A stretch of 64,000 bases of DNA, taken from NCBI GenBank assembly GCA_022701825.1, contig JAKONR010000544.1, positions 1,825-65,824 of the forward strand. Reading direction: 5' to 3'. A program made the position numbers and the translations under genes. This document shows, one piece after another, positions 57,203 through 64,000 of this stretch. Within the stretch, counting starts at the first letter, position 1; every line of letters starts with the position of its first letter. The notes under the pieces are model-generated. The model saw nothing but the letters and a program-made list of their open reading frames with translations. It did not search any database and was not told the DNA's origin. Source of the stretch: Hymenobacteraceae bacterium (lineage in GTDB: Bacteria > Bacteroidota > Bacteroidia > Cytophagales > Hymenobacteraceae).

Positions 57203-58882
57203 ATGATGCGGCCCCTTCTGCAGCTATTCACGTATTCTGTAGGCGCAACCCAGTGCCTGTTCCTTCTTGCGCTGAGTAGCTACGAGGTACAAGCCCAACG
57301 TCTGGTGCGGGGGAGTGTGCGCGACGCGACGACGCACCGCCCTCTAGCGGCCGTAACCATTCGCTTAGCGCAGGCCCAGTATAGCACCAGCTCGCATTCA
57401 GACGGGTCTTTTACATTGGCCCTACCGGCGCTCTACCAGTCCGACACGCTGCTACTCTCCTGCCTTGGCTACACCACGCAACGGCTGCCGCTAACAACCC
57501 TAGACCTCGCTGGCGGGCAGCAGGTGCTATTGCACCCACAATCGGCGGGGCTGGCGGCCGTCGCCGTGACGGCTCGCAAGTGGCAGGAGCGAGCTTTTGG
57601 CGTTACGAGCGCCAGGGCCCTGGTCCACTTTACCGACGGCACAGTACCCTCCGGCCAAGCCATAGAGATTGCCCAACTCATGCGGACTGGGTCAGGCGGC
57701 GCCGTGCTCACTTCCGCTAATCTCTACCTGGCGGCGGGCTTACCAGATAGCGTGACCTTAGTATTGCGGTTCTACCGCCTGGAAGGCGAGCGCCCTACCA
57801 CCCCACTAATCGCCCAAGTCATTCGTCAGCGCGCAGCGATTCGCCCAGGCTGGCTACGGTTGGACCTGACGCCGTACGGACTCTTTTTGCCGCAGGATTT
57901 TGTACTTGGCGTCACCATTACTCCTTCGGCGGCAACGCAGGCCGCTATTCCTTACGAAATCAAGCTGGGTGGTCCCGCAAAAAGCTTCGCTCGTCCAGCC
58001 GGCGCCGCTACCTGGCGAGTACCGCCCCACCACTACCGCCTCTATATCACCGCCCGGGTACCCCCAGCTGCCTCGACCGCTAGTGACAATCAACAGCCAG
58101 TAGCCTCTCACCGGCTGTACTCGCCGACCGTTCAGGATTCGTTTTTCTTATTCGTACGCTTACCCAAGGGTTACGCTCAACACCCACGACGCCATTACCC
58201 CGTCGTCGTGCTACTTGATGCGAACGTGTACCTAGATATCGTCCACGACGAGCTGTGCCGTCAAGTAGCTGACGCCCCCTTTATCCTCGTTGGCGTCGGC
58301 TACCGCGACGCCGGACTGGCCGACTCTTTACGGCAGCGCGATGATACGTATCCGGCCGGGCTACCGGCCGATAGCCTTCCCGTATCAGGCGGTGGCCAGC
58401 GATTTCTCACCTTTCTGCAGCAGGAATTACTGCCCTATGTAGACCACACCTACCGCACGCAGCCTTCGAACCGCACATTGCTCGGACATTCATTAGGTGG
58501 CTATCTGGTCCTGTACGCGCTAGCGGAGAATTTGCAAACGGGACAAGGAGCCTTTACGCACTATGTGGCAGCGAGCCCCGTCCTGTATTACCACGACCAG
58601 TACGTGCTGCAGCTATTGGCAACACTAGTGCCGGCCGCTACTTCGCAACTAGTGCACTTATACCTAAATAACGGAGCGCGCGAGCTTACACCGCATACGG
58701 CGGAAGGAGTTGCAACTATGACGAATTTTCGCACGCTCGCCGCTACCCTGGCAAGTGGAAAGTTCACCTCGTTACAGGTGCAAACGCACGTCTACCCGGA
58801 CTACGGTCACCTGGAGACAGCAGTACCAACTTTCGTGGAAAGCCTACAGCGCGTGAGCACGCTCCTAGGGAAACCTAACTAA
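57203..58882 (+). CDS. CarboxypepD_reg-like domain + alpha/beta-hydrolase (IroE-like esterase) fusion
   Basis: VRGSVRDATT..PL...SCLGY N-terminal domain; YPVVVLLD and GHSLGG nucleophile elbow. Confidence 0.8.
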   Translation: MMRPLLQLFTYSVGATQCLFLLALSSYEVQAQRLVRGSVRDATTHRPLAAVTIRLAQAQYSTSSHSDGSFTLALPALYQSDTLLLSCLGYTTQRLPLTTLDLAGGQQVLLHPQSAGLAAVAVTARKWQERAFGVTSARALVHFTDGTVPSGQAIEIAQLMRTGSGGAVLTSANLYLAAGLPDSVTLVLRFYRLEGERPTTPLIAQVIRQRAAIRPGWLRLDLTPYGLFLPQDFVLGVTITPSAATQAAIPYEIKLGGPAKSFARPAGAATWRVPPHHYRLYITARVPPAASTASDNQQPVASHRLYSPTVQDSFFLFVRLPKGYAQHPRRHYPVVVLLDANVYLDIVHDELCRQVADAPFILVGVGYRDAGLADSLRQRDDTYPAGLPADSLPVSGGGQRFLTFLQQELLPYVDHTYRTQPSNRTLLGHSLGGYLVLYALAENLQTGQGAFTHYVAASPVLYYHDQYVLQLLATLVPAATSQLVHLYLNNGARELTPHTAEGVATMTNFRTLAATLASGKFTSLQVQTHVYPDYGHLETAVPTFVESLQRVSTLLGKPN

Positions 58883-59023
58883 CCGTTCCCGCCGAAATAA
58901 GGGGAGCTGCTATTTCCCAAGAATTTAACAGGGCTTGTTCCGAGCGTGTACCTGCGTACTCGATATTCAGCAGTTGTAGAATCAAGGCCTGCGCTGAACG
59001 CGCGCTTCCCACCAAGGCCTTTC

Positions 59024-60181
59024 TCAAAACCGCTGTACGTAGCGAGCCGCCGCCACTGCATCAATAAACCGCACGGCACGATTAGCTAAGGCGGGGGCAA
59101 AACTCGCTTCTTCCCCCAACCCCGTAAAGCGCAGGGCCGCGTCCTCGCGCACCGCCCGCTGTAGGGCTGGAGCCCGTAGGTACGTCGCGTAGGCCGCTGC
59201 CAGCCAGGGCTCCGCGGCCGCCAGCCGCCCACTATCCGGCACCTTATCGCGCTTAACCTGCTGATTGAAGACCCGGTCAACGGGTAGCAGATTCCAGAGC
59301 TCATTCACCGGATATACCGCCAGGGGCAGGAGGTGGTCCAGGTCGTAATGCTGGGGCTGGGTCAGGCGTTTTAGCGTCCAGGGGCAAGTGAAGGCAACCT
59401 GCTCGTGCAGCAAAATATCGATTTGATTACGCTCCCAGCTCAGGGGCCGGCGGTTATCAGGGCGCGCGGTAAGTAGAGAGTAGATAAAGCCCCGGTCGAT
59501 TTCCCTATCCTGCTTCACCTGCTCGGTAAACAAGGCCCACTCGTGTAAGCATAACGCTTCGACGTAGAGCGAGAGCCGCTGAAACGCCTCCCACAGCGAA
59601 GCCGACACCACCACGCAGAGGTCGGTAAGCTGCGTATCAGGTAAACCGGCTACCCCAGTCAACTGCCCGTACCGCCTTGGCCTATCAAAGACTGCCCACT
59701 CGCCGGGACCTGCATATTTAATGGGCATCTGCAGTGCCTTAGTCATAGCCGCGACCGTCTGCTGGTAGGCTTGCTGCAACGTCACCGGATATGTAGCCCG
59801 GCGCCGAGGCGTCCGCATCTCCGTGAGCAGAAAGAAGCCATCGGCTGGTTGGGGCGGCAGCTGCACCAACTCCTCCCAAATCAAGCGCAGTTGGGTTAAG
59901 GCGGGGCGAAAGCCCACGTCGTTACGCACGCTGTCCGCTTCCCCTCGGCTAGCCCGCCCGCCCTGGTAGATGGGGGCCTGCGCATCGGCAAAGGGCCAGT
60001 AGTAAGCCACCCACAGTTCCGCTAGGCGACTTAAAGGCACAGCTACATCCTGACCCTGGATAGCCGGATAGAGAAGCACTACATCGTTGATGGCCCGTAG
60101 CAGCGCTATTTTATAGCTGGTGGTTTTTGTATCGTGCTTGAGAATGGTAGCCAAGCGCTGCTCACCAGAAGGAAGGAACAT
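59024..60181 (-). CDS. HNH-family endonuclease with N-terminal SYK-x-ALL domain
   Basis: KTTSYKIALLRAI; CPWT...YDLDHLLP...NELWNLLPVDRVFNQQVKRD. Confidence 0.78.
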   Translation of the reverse strand: MFLPSGEQRLATILKHDTKTTSYKIALLRAINDVVLLYPAIQGQDVAVPLSRLAELWVAYYWPFADAQAPIYQGGRASRGEADSVRNDVGFRPALTQLRLIWEELVQLPPQPADGFFLLTEMRTPRRRATYPVTLQQAYQQTVAAMTKALQMPIKYAGPGEWAVFDRPRRYGQLTGVAGLPDTQLTDLCVVVSASLWEAFQRLSLYVEALCLHEWALFTEQVKQDREIDRGFIYSLLTARPDNRRPLSWERNQIDILLHEQVAFTCPWTLKRLTQPQHYDLDHLLPLAVYPVNELWNLLPVDRVFNQQVKRDKVPDSGRLAAAEPWLAAAYATYLRAPALQRAVREDAALRFTGLGEEASFAPALANRAVRFIDAVAAARYVQRF

Positions 60182-60258
60182 AAAGATGGGGCTAACGAGC
60201 GGTAAAGAAACGACTGACCGGCAGGGTATATTCGTCCTCTTTCTCAACTCTTCTATAT

Positions 60259-60822
60259 ATGCAAAAGCTCTTCTTACTACTCTGCCTCACCTGTTGTCTC
60301 CCATTTTGGAACGTCACCCACGCCCAAACTCCGGACAGTACCTCTATCCAGCGCAGCAGCCCTTATCGCTACGTGAATGCCACTTCGCTCAAGCTACGAA
60401 TTCAGCCTGACGCAACCGCCATGGCAAGCGCAGTTATCGCTGGCGCTAGTCGAGTGCAGCTACTTGGGGAAACCGAGGATGGCTGGAGCCAAATTCAAGT
60501 AAGCGCAGTGGTCGGCTATGTCCGCAGCGAATACCTGGTTGAGGAGCAGCAGCAGGTAAGCGCCGACGTTAACTGGGAGATTATAAATGCTGCCGGAGGC
60601 GCTACTTACAGCAGGTTGGTACCGGCAGCCTCCCCACATAGGAAGGTCGTAGCTAAGCCCGCTGCCGGACCAAAAGTATACATCTGTGGCAATGGGCGCA
60701 CCGAAGTCTACCACAGCAGTAGCGACTGCGCGGCTATGCGCCGCTGTACCTATCAAACGCTGGTGATGAGCCAGCGAGAGGCACAGGCCAGTGGGCTGCG
60801 TGGCTGCATGAAGTGCTATTAA
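60259..60822 (+). CDS. Exported SH3-domain protein with C-terminal Cys/His metal-binding motif
   Basis: Signal peptide; YVNATSLKLR...GWSQI...GYVRSEYL; VYIC...YH...C...GCMKC. Confidence 0.8.
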   Translation: MQKLFLLLCLTCCLPFWNVTHAQTPDSTSIQRSSPYRYVNATSLKLRIQPDATAMASAVIAGASRVQLLGETEDGWSQIQVSAVVGYVRSEYLVEEQQQVSADVNWEIINAAGGATYSRLVPAASPHRKVVAKPAAGPKVYICGNGRTEVYHSSSDCAAMRRCTYQTLVMSQREAQASGLRGCMKCY

Positions 60823-60945
60823 GAAATGGGGGCTTTAGCTGGTGAGGTAAGTTGCCCACGCATCCAGCTCCTATCTCTTACTCAGCCCTAGCAAGTAGTA
60901 TGCCCATACCACATTGCTAAAGCTCAAAAATAGGATAAAATCCTA

Positions 60946-61048
60946 CACGCTAATTAGCAACATCAGCGGGTAAAAAAGATGCTATTTAGTGCGTGTTTTG
61001 GGATGCGACTTTGCTATTTCCGCGTGCATTTGTTGCTAAAATAGCGTG
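60946..61048. repeat. Four copies of a (T/A)TGCTA-N4-6-GCGTG motif (one inverted)
   Basis: 60946-60960 (inverted), 60979-60995, 61011-61026, 61033-61048. Confidence 0.6.
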
Positions 61049-61397
61049 TTTTTTACGCTACTCGCTTGCGTAGTGATAAAAGTGTGCATGTGCACTATAC
61101 GAGAGAAGTATTCTAGGACTATTTCCACAAAACACCCAGAATTCTAACTAGCGCAAACCTTAGCTCGCAGCTTTCATTTTACGCGCAGCCTTACTCATTG
61201 CAGCAGCTCGCAGCCCTCAACGCCTTTCTCCACAAGCCTTGTGCTTACTGCCCCACTCAGGCGGCATATCGCAGCAGCCTAACTCGAGCAGCGTGGCATT
61301 AAAATATTTTTCCTGTGCTAAACACAAACTGAAGGAACAGCTTTACGCAGTGAGGGAGGAGAGAACTTGTTTAAACCAACGTTTAAACCGAAAGCAA

Positions 61398-61431
61398 AAC
61401 AGCCACTCAGACTGTCATCTAAGTGGCTGTT
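61398..61431 (-). terminator. Hairpin just downstream of tRNA-Gly (terminator and/or att-end structure)
   Basis: Minus strand AACAGCCACTTAGA-tgacag-TCTGAGTGGCTGTT followed by TTGCTTT. Confidence 0.7.
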
Positions 61432-61439
61432 AATCAATG

Positions 61440-61512
61440 AGCGAGAAACGAGGTTCGAACTCGCGACCCTCAGCTTGGGAAGCTGATGCTCTACCAACTG
61501 AGCTACTCTCGC
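61440..61512 (-). tRNA. tRNA-Gly (anticodon CCC), CCA not encoded
   Basis: Reverse complement GCGAGAGTAGCTCAGTTGGTAGAGCATCAGCTTCCCAAGCTGAGGGTCGCGAGTTCGAACCTCGTTTCTCGCT folds into a cloverleaf. Confidence 0.97.
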
Positions 61513-61528
61513 GGGGGTTGGCTGTGGG

Positions 61529-61536
61529 CAAAGGTA
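61529..61536 (-). promoter_or_regulatory. Bacteroidota -7 promoter element for tRNA-Gly
   Basis: TACCTTTG on the minus strand matches TAnnTTTG, 16 nt upstream of the tRNA. Confidence 0.65.
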
Positions 61537-61605
61537 CGGTACCGCACGCAAATAGCAAGTGGCCCCGCTGCGCGGAACAACAGAGCAGCCGTAGGCGTTT
61601 AGGTA

Positions 61606-61866
61606 GTGCCTATGCCCCGCCGCCCAACCCGCGCCATTCTTTCGCCTTCTTCGCGCCGCATGGTGGCGGGCCTACTTATCGCAGCGGGTATTTTGCTGGT
61701 TATTGGGCAGTTGCTGCGGGTGTATGTGCTGGTGGCTAATTGGTGGGTGCTGGGCCAGGTGAGCGTGGGGCCCACGGTAGGCGTAGTACTGGGGCTGGGG
61801 GCAGGCGCGCTCACCAGCTACATCGGCTGGCGGGTGGGCCGGGCGGGCTACGAGCAGCAGCCCTAG
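61606..61866 (+). CDS. Small membrane protein, hypothetical
   Basis: Two hydrophobic segments; core-like GC content. Confidence 0.5.
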   Translation: MPMPRRPTRAILSPSSRRMVAGLLIAAGILLVIGQLLRVYVLVANWWVLGQVSVGPTVGVVLGLGAGALTSYIGWRVGRAGYEQQP

Positions 61867-61905
61867 CGGCACAATCCGCGCCTTCGCCACACCTTTGCGG
61901 GCGAT

Positions 61906-62451
61906 ATGTCTTCTCCGCTCCGCATCTCGGTGGCCAAGGCCAACCCGGCTACCGCTACCCGACTGGCCATTTTGGGCCGCCAAACCTTCCTTGAAACCTT
62001 TGCCGACGCCGCGCCGGCCGCCGATATGAACGCTTTTTTGGCTCATGTCTACGGGCCGGAGATTCAGCTAGCCGAGCTGCGCGACCCGCGCTACACCTTT
62101 TTGCTGGCCGAGATGCAGGGCGAGCTGGTGGGCTTTGCCAAGCTCTGGCGCGACTCGGACTTGGGCCTGCCCGCCAGCGAAACGACCACTGGCCGCCTGG
62201 AAATCAAGCAGCTCTACGTGGCCCAGGACTGGATAGGCACCGGCCTGGGCGCGGCCCTCATGCGCCGCTGCCTCGCGCTGGCCGACGCCGAGCACGCCGC
62301 CGCTATCGTGCTGGGCGTGTGGGAGCACAACCAGCGGGCGCGGGCGTTTTACGAGCGCTTTGGCTTCCGGGTCGTGGGGCAGCACGGGTTTCACATCGGC
62401 AGCGAGGTCTCGACCGACCTCATCCTGCGCAAGGGGCTGGCTGGGCGCTAG
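61906..62451 (+). CDS. GNAT N-acetyltransferase (PaiA-like)
   Basis: RQTFLETF, LEIKQLYV...GTGLG...LGVWEHNQRARAFYERFGF. Confidence 0.9.
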   Translation: MSSPLRISVAKANPATATRLAILGRQTFLETFADAAPAADMNAFLAHVYGPEIQLAELRDPRYTFLLAEMQGELVGFAKLWRDSDLGLPASETTTGRLEIKQLYVAQDWIGTGLGAALMRRCLALADAEHAAAIVLGVWEHNQRARAFYERFGFRVVGQHGFHIGSEVSTDLILRKGLAGR

Positions 62452-62460
62452 CCGGTATAT

Positions 62461-63459
62461 TTGGCCGTGCAGGTTTCGGCTTTTACTCTCCTGAAGAACT
62501 TTGGCGGGCCGCTGGGCCTGGCGGCGCTGGCGGCCTGCCAGGCCCAGCCCGAAAGCGCGGGCAGCCACGCGCCGGCCGCGCACCCGCCCGTAGGGCACTT
62601 TTCGGGCACCCTCACGGCCCCCGGCCGGCCCGAGCTGCGGGCCGCCTTTGAGGTGCGCCACCCCCGCCCCGGCCACTACGATGCTGAGCTACTGGTAGAA
62701 GCGGCCCCCAGCCTGAGCTTTGTGGCCGACACCGTGGCCTTCGCGGGCGGGCGGCTACTGCTGCGGCGCCCCGGCTTGCCCGGCCAAACGCTGGCCCTAA
62801 CCCAACAGGGCGACTTTTGGCGCGGCAGCCTGGCCATCGATTCCGTTTCCTACTCTACGCTGCTAGTGCGGCGCGGCCCGCCCGAGCCGGCCGTGTATCG
62901 GGTGCGGCCCGATGAGGTACCTGGCTCGGTGGGCGAGGCGCTGCTCTTTAGCCCCGCCGACGAAAGCCTGCCCGGTGCGGCCCTGGCCGTGTTTCCGACG
63001 GCCGCCACCACCCGCCCCGCCCCGGCCTGGGCCGATGCGCTGGCCCGCCAAGGCTACACGGTGCTGCTACTGCCCGCCGCCGACACGCTCACCACGCCTG
63101 CGCTCACGGCGGCGCTCGCCTACCTGCGGCGCACGCCCGGCGTCGACACGGCGCAGGTGGGCATCTGGGCAGCCGGGCGGCGAGCCGAGTTGCTGGCCAC
63201 GCTGCTCACCCAGCCCGAAGCGCCCCACCCCGCCTTCGTAATTACGCAGGAGGTCCCCGCGCCCACCGCCGCTATGCGCGGCGCGTGGCGCACGCTGGCA
63301 CAGCGCCAGCGCGTGCTGGGCGTATACGACGCCTCGGATGCCACCACCGCCAAGGCCACCACTGCCTTGCGCACAGCGCTGGGGCGGCCCGGGCGCGTGC
63401 TGCGCGGCCAAGGGCCGGGCCTGAGCGATGGCGTAGCTACCTGGCTGCGCGAGCGCTAG
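62461..63459 (+). CDS. Hypothetical lipoprotein with degenerate alpha/beta-hydrolase-like C-terminus
   Basis: Lipobox LAAC; ALAYLRRTPGVDTAQVGIW. Confidence 0.6.
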   Translation: MAVQVSAFTLLKNFGGPLGLAALAACQAQPESAGSHAPAAHPPVGHFSGTLTAPGRPELRAAFEVRHPRPGHYDAELLVEAAPSLSFVADTVAFAGGRLLLRRPGLPGQTLALTQQGDFWRGSLAIDSVSYSTLLVRRGPPEPAVYRVRPDEVPGSVGEALLFSPADESLPGAALAVFPTAATTRPAPAWADALARQGYTVLLLPAADTLTTPALTAALAYLRRTPGVDTAQVGIWAAGRRAELLATLLTQPEAPHPAFVITQEVPAPTAAMRGAWRTLAQRQRVLGVYDASDATTAKATTALRTALGRPGRVLRGQGPGLSDGVATWLRER

Positions 63460-63499
63460 GCCGGCAACCCGCCCCGCTCTGCAGCTTCCCAAGCAACTA

Positions 63500-64000
63500 C
63501 TACACCAGCAGCAGTCCCTTTTCGCGCAGCAGCTGCCAGGCGGGGCTTTGCAGAAACTTCTCCCACGAGCCAGCCGCCACGGGGAAGGTGGCCGCCGCTT
63601 CCTTTAGCAGCACTTTGGTGTCGTAGTCGTGGCTGAGGCGCAGCAGCAACTCGTGCAGCCAAGGGCCGATTAGCTCGGTGGTCTTGACCTCGAAGTCCTC
63701 GGCCTGCTCGTAGCAGGTAAGGACGGCGCGGGTCGTCTTTTTGTCTTTGGGGGTATTACCACCGCTTGTCTTGTAGCTCAGTTCGGGCGCGTTGCCGAGC
63801 CAAAATAACCGGCGGTTGGGCTGCCCAAAATCGGGCTTTTCGGGCTCTTGCAGGGCTTGCGCGATAAGCTGGCGCGGCACCGTGGGGCGGGGCGTTTTAA
63901 AATCAAACCAGAAGCTGAGCGGCTCGCGCAGGGCCACGCCGTGCATGTAGTTGTAGAGGCTTTTGGCGAGGCCGGGGCCAAATTGCTCGTGGTCGGTGCC
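63500..64000 (-). CDS. C-terminal part of a probable radical SAM protein; 5' end lies outside the window
   Basis: Frame open to the window end (GTDHEQFGPGLAKSLYNYMHG...WFDFKTP); product call is from recollection of similar Bacteroidota C-termini, and the catalytic motif is not in the window. Confidence 0.55.
   Translation of the reverse strand, partial: GTDHEQFGPGLAKSLYNYMHGVALREPLSFWFDFKTPRPTVPRQLIAQALQEPEKPDFGQPNRRLFWLGNAPELSYKTSGGNTPKDKKTTRAVLTCYEQAEDFEVKTTELIGPWLHELLLRLSHDYDTKVLLKEAAATFPVAAGSWEKFLQSPAWQLLREKGLLLV

Larger units (their letters stand above)
8248..61439. mobile_element. Putative genomic (defence + cargo) island abutting the 3' end of tRNA-Gly; left boundary not identified
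   Basis: Visibly lower and heterogeneous GC compared with genes right of the tRNA; dense defence genes and pseudogenes; no integrase or duplicated tRNA end seen in the window. Confidence 0.6.

Noticed and set aside
61239-61739. Short ORFs overlapping the tRNA (61318-61551, 61437-61739)
   Set aside because: Translations of tRNA and flanking non-coding sequence.
1-64000. CRISPR array
   Set aside because: No regularly spaced repeat-spacer series was seen by eye, and there are no cas genes.

Overview
Probably a Bacteroidota chromosome segment, most likely Hymenobacter-like (GC-rich flanks, a T9SS C-terminal sorting domain, a TAnnTTTG promoter element; the taxon is an inference). From left to right: a secreted-nuclease/NuiA-inhibitor/T9SS-cargo cluster (1-6.8 kb); an intact IS3-family element (6999-8247); a ~37 kb anti-phage defence cluster (8.6-46 kb); a cargo region of hydrolases, regulators and a pseudogene (46.4-60.8 kb); tRNA-Gly(CCC) on the minus strand (61440-61512), the likely island integration site; and GC-rich core genes. 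The defence cluster holds an SspABCD-SspFGH-type DNA phosphorothioation system, HNH and PLD nucleases, a DUF559-RecQ helicase, tandem DUF262 (GmrSD/SspE-like) genes, an LRR-FtsK-gamma fusion and a NUDIX + SauUSI-like type IV restriction pair. The most striking item is an AT-rich cassette at 27656-30701. It encodes a BT4734/VirE-N-type primase-polymerase with a PriCT-2 domain and an overlapping UG/Abi(DRT)-like reverse transcriptase (FCDD motif). Between them is a ~143-nt structured element (28670-28812) closed by a 15-bp stem, hidden inside the primase 3' end and ending 2 nt before the RT start codon. This is a candidate primase-ncRNA-RT defence system. All family calls come from motif recognition by eye; no database searches were run.
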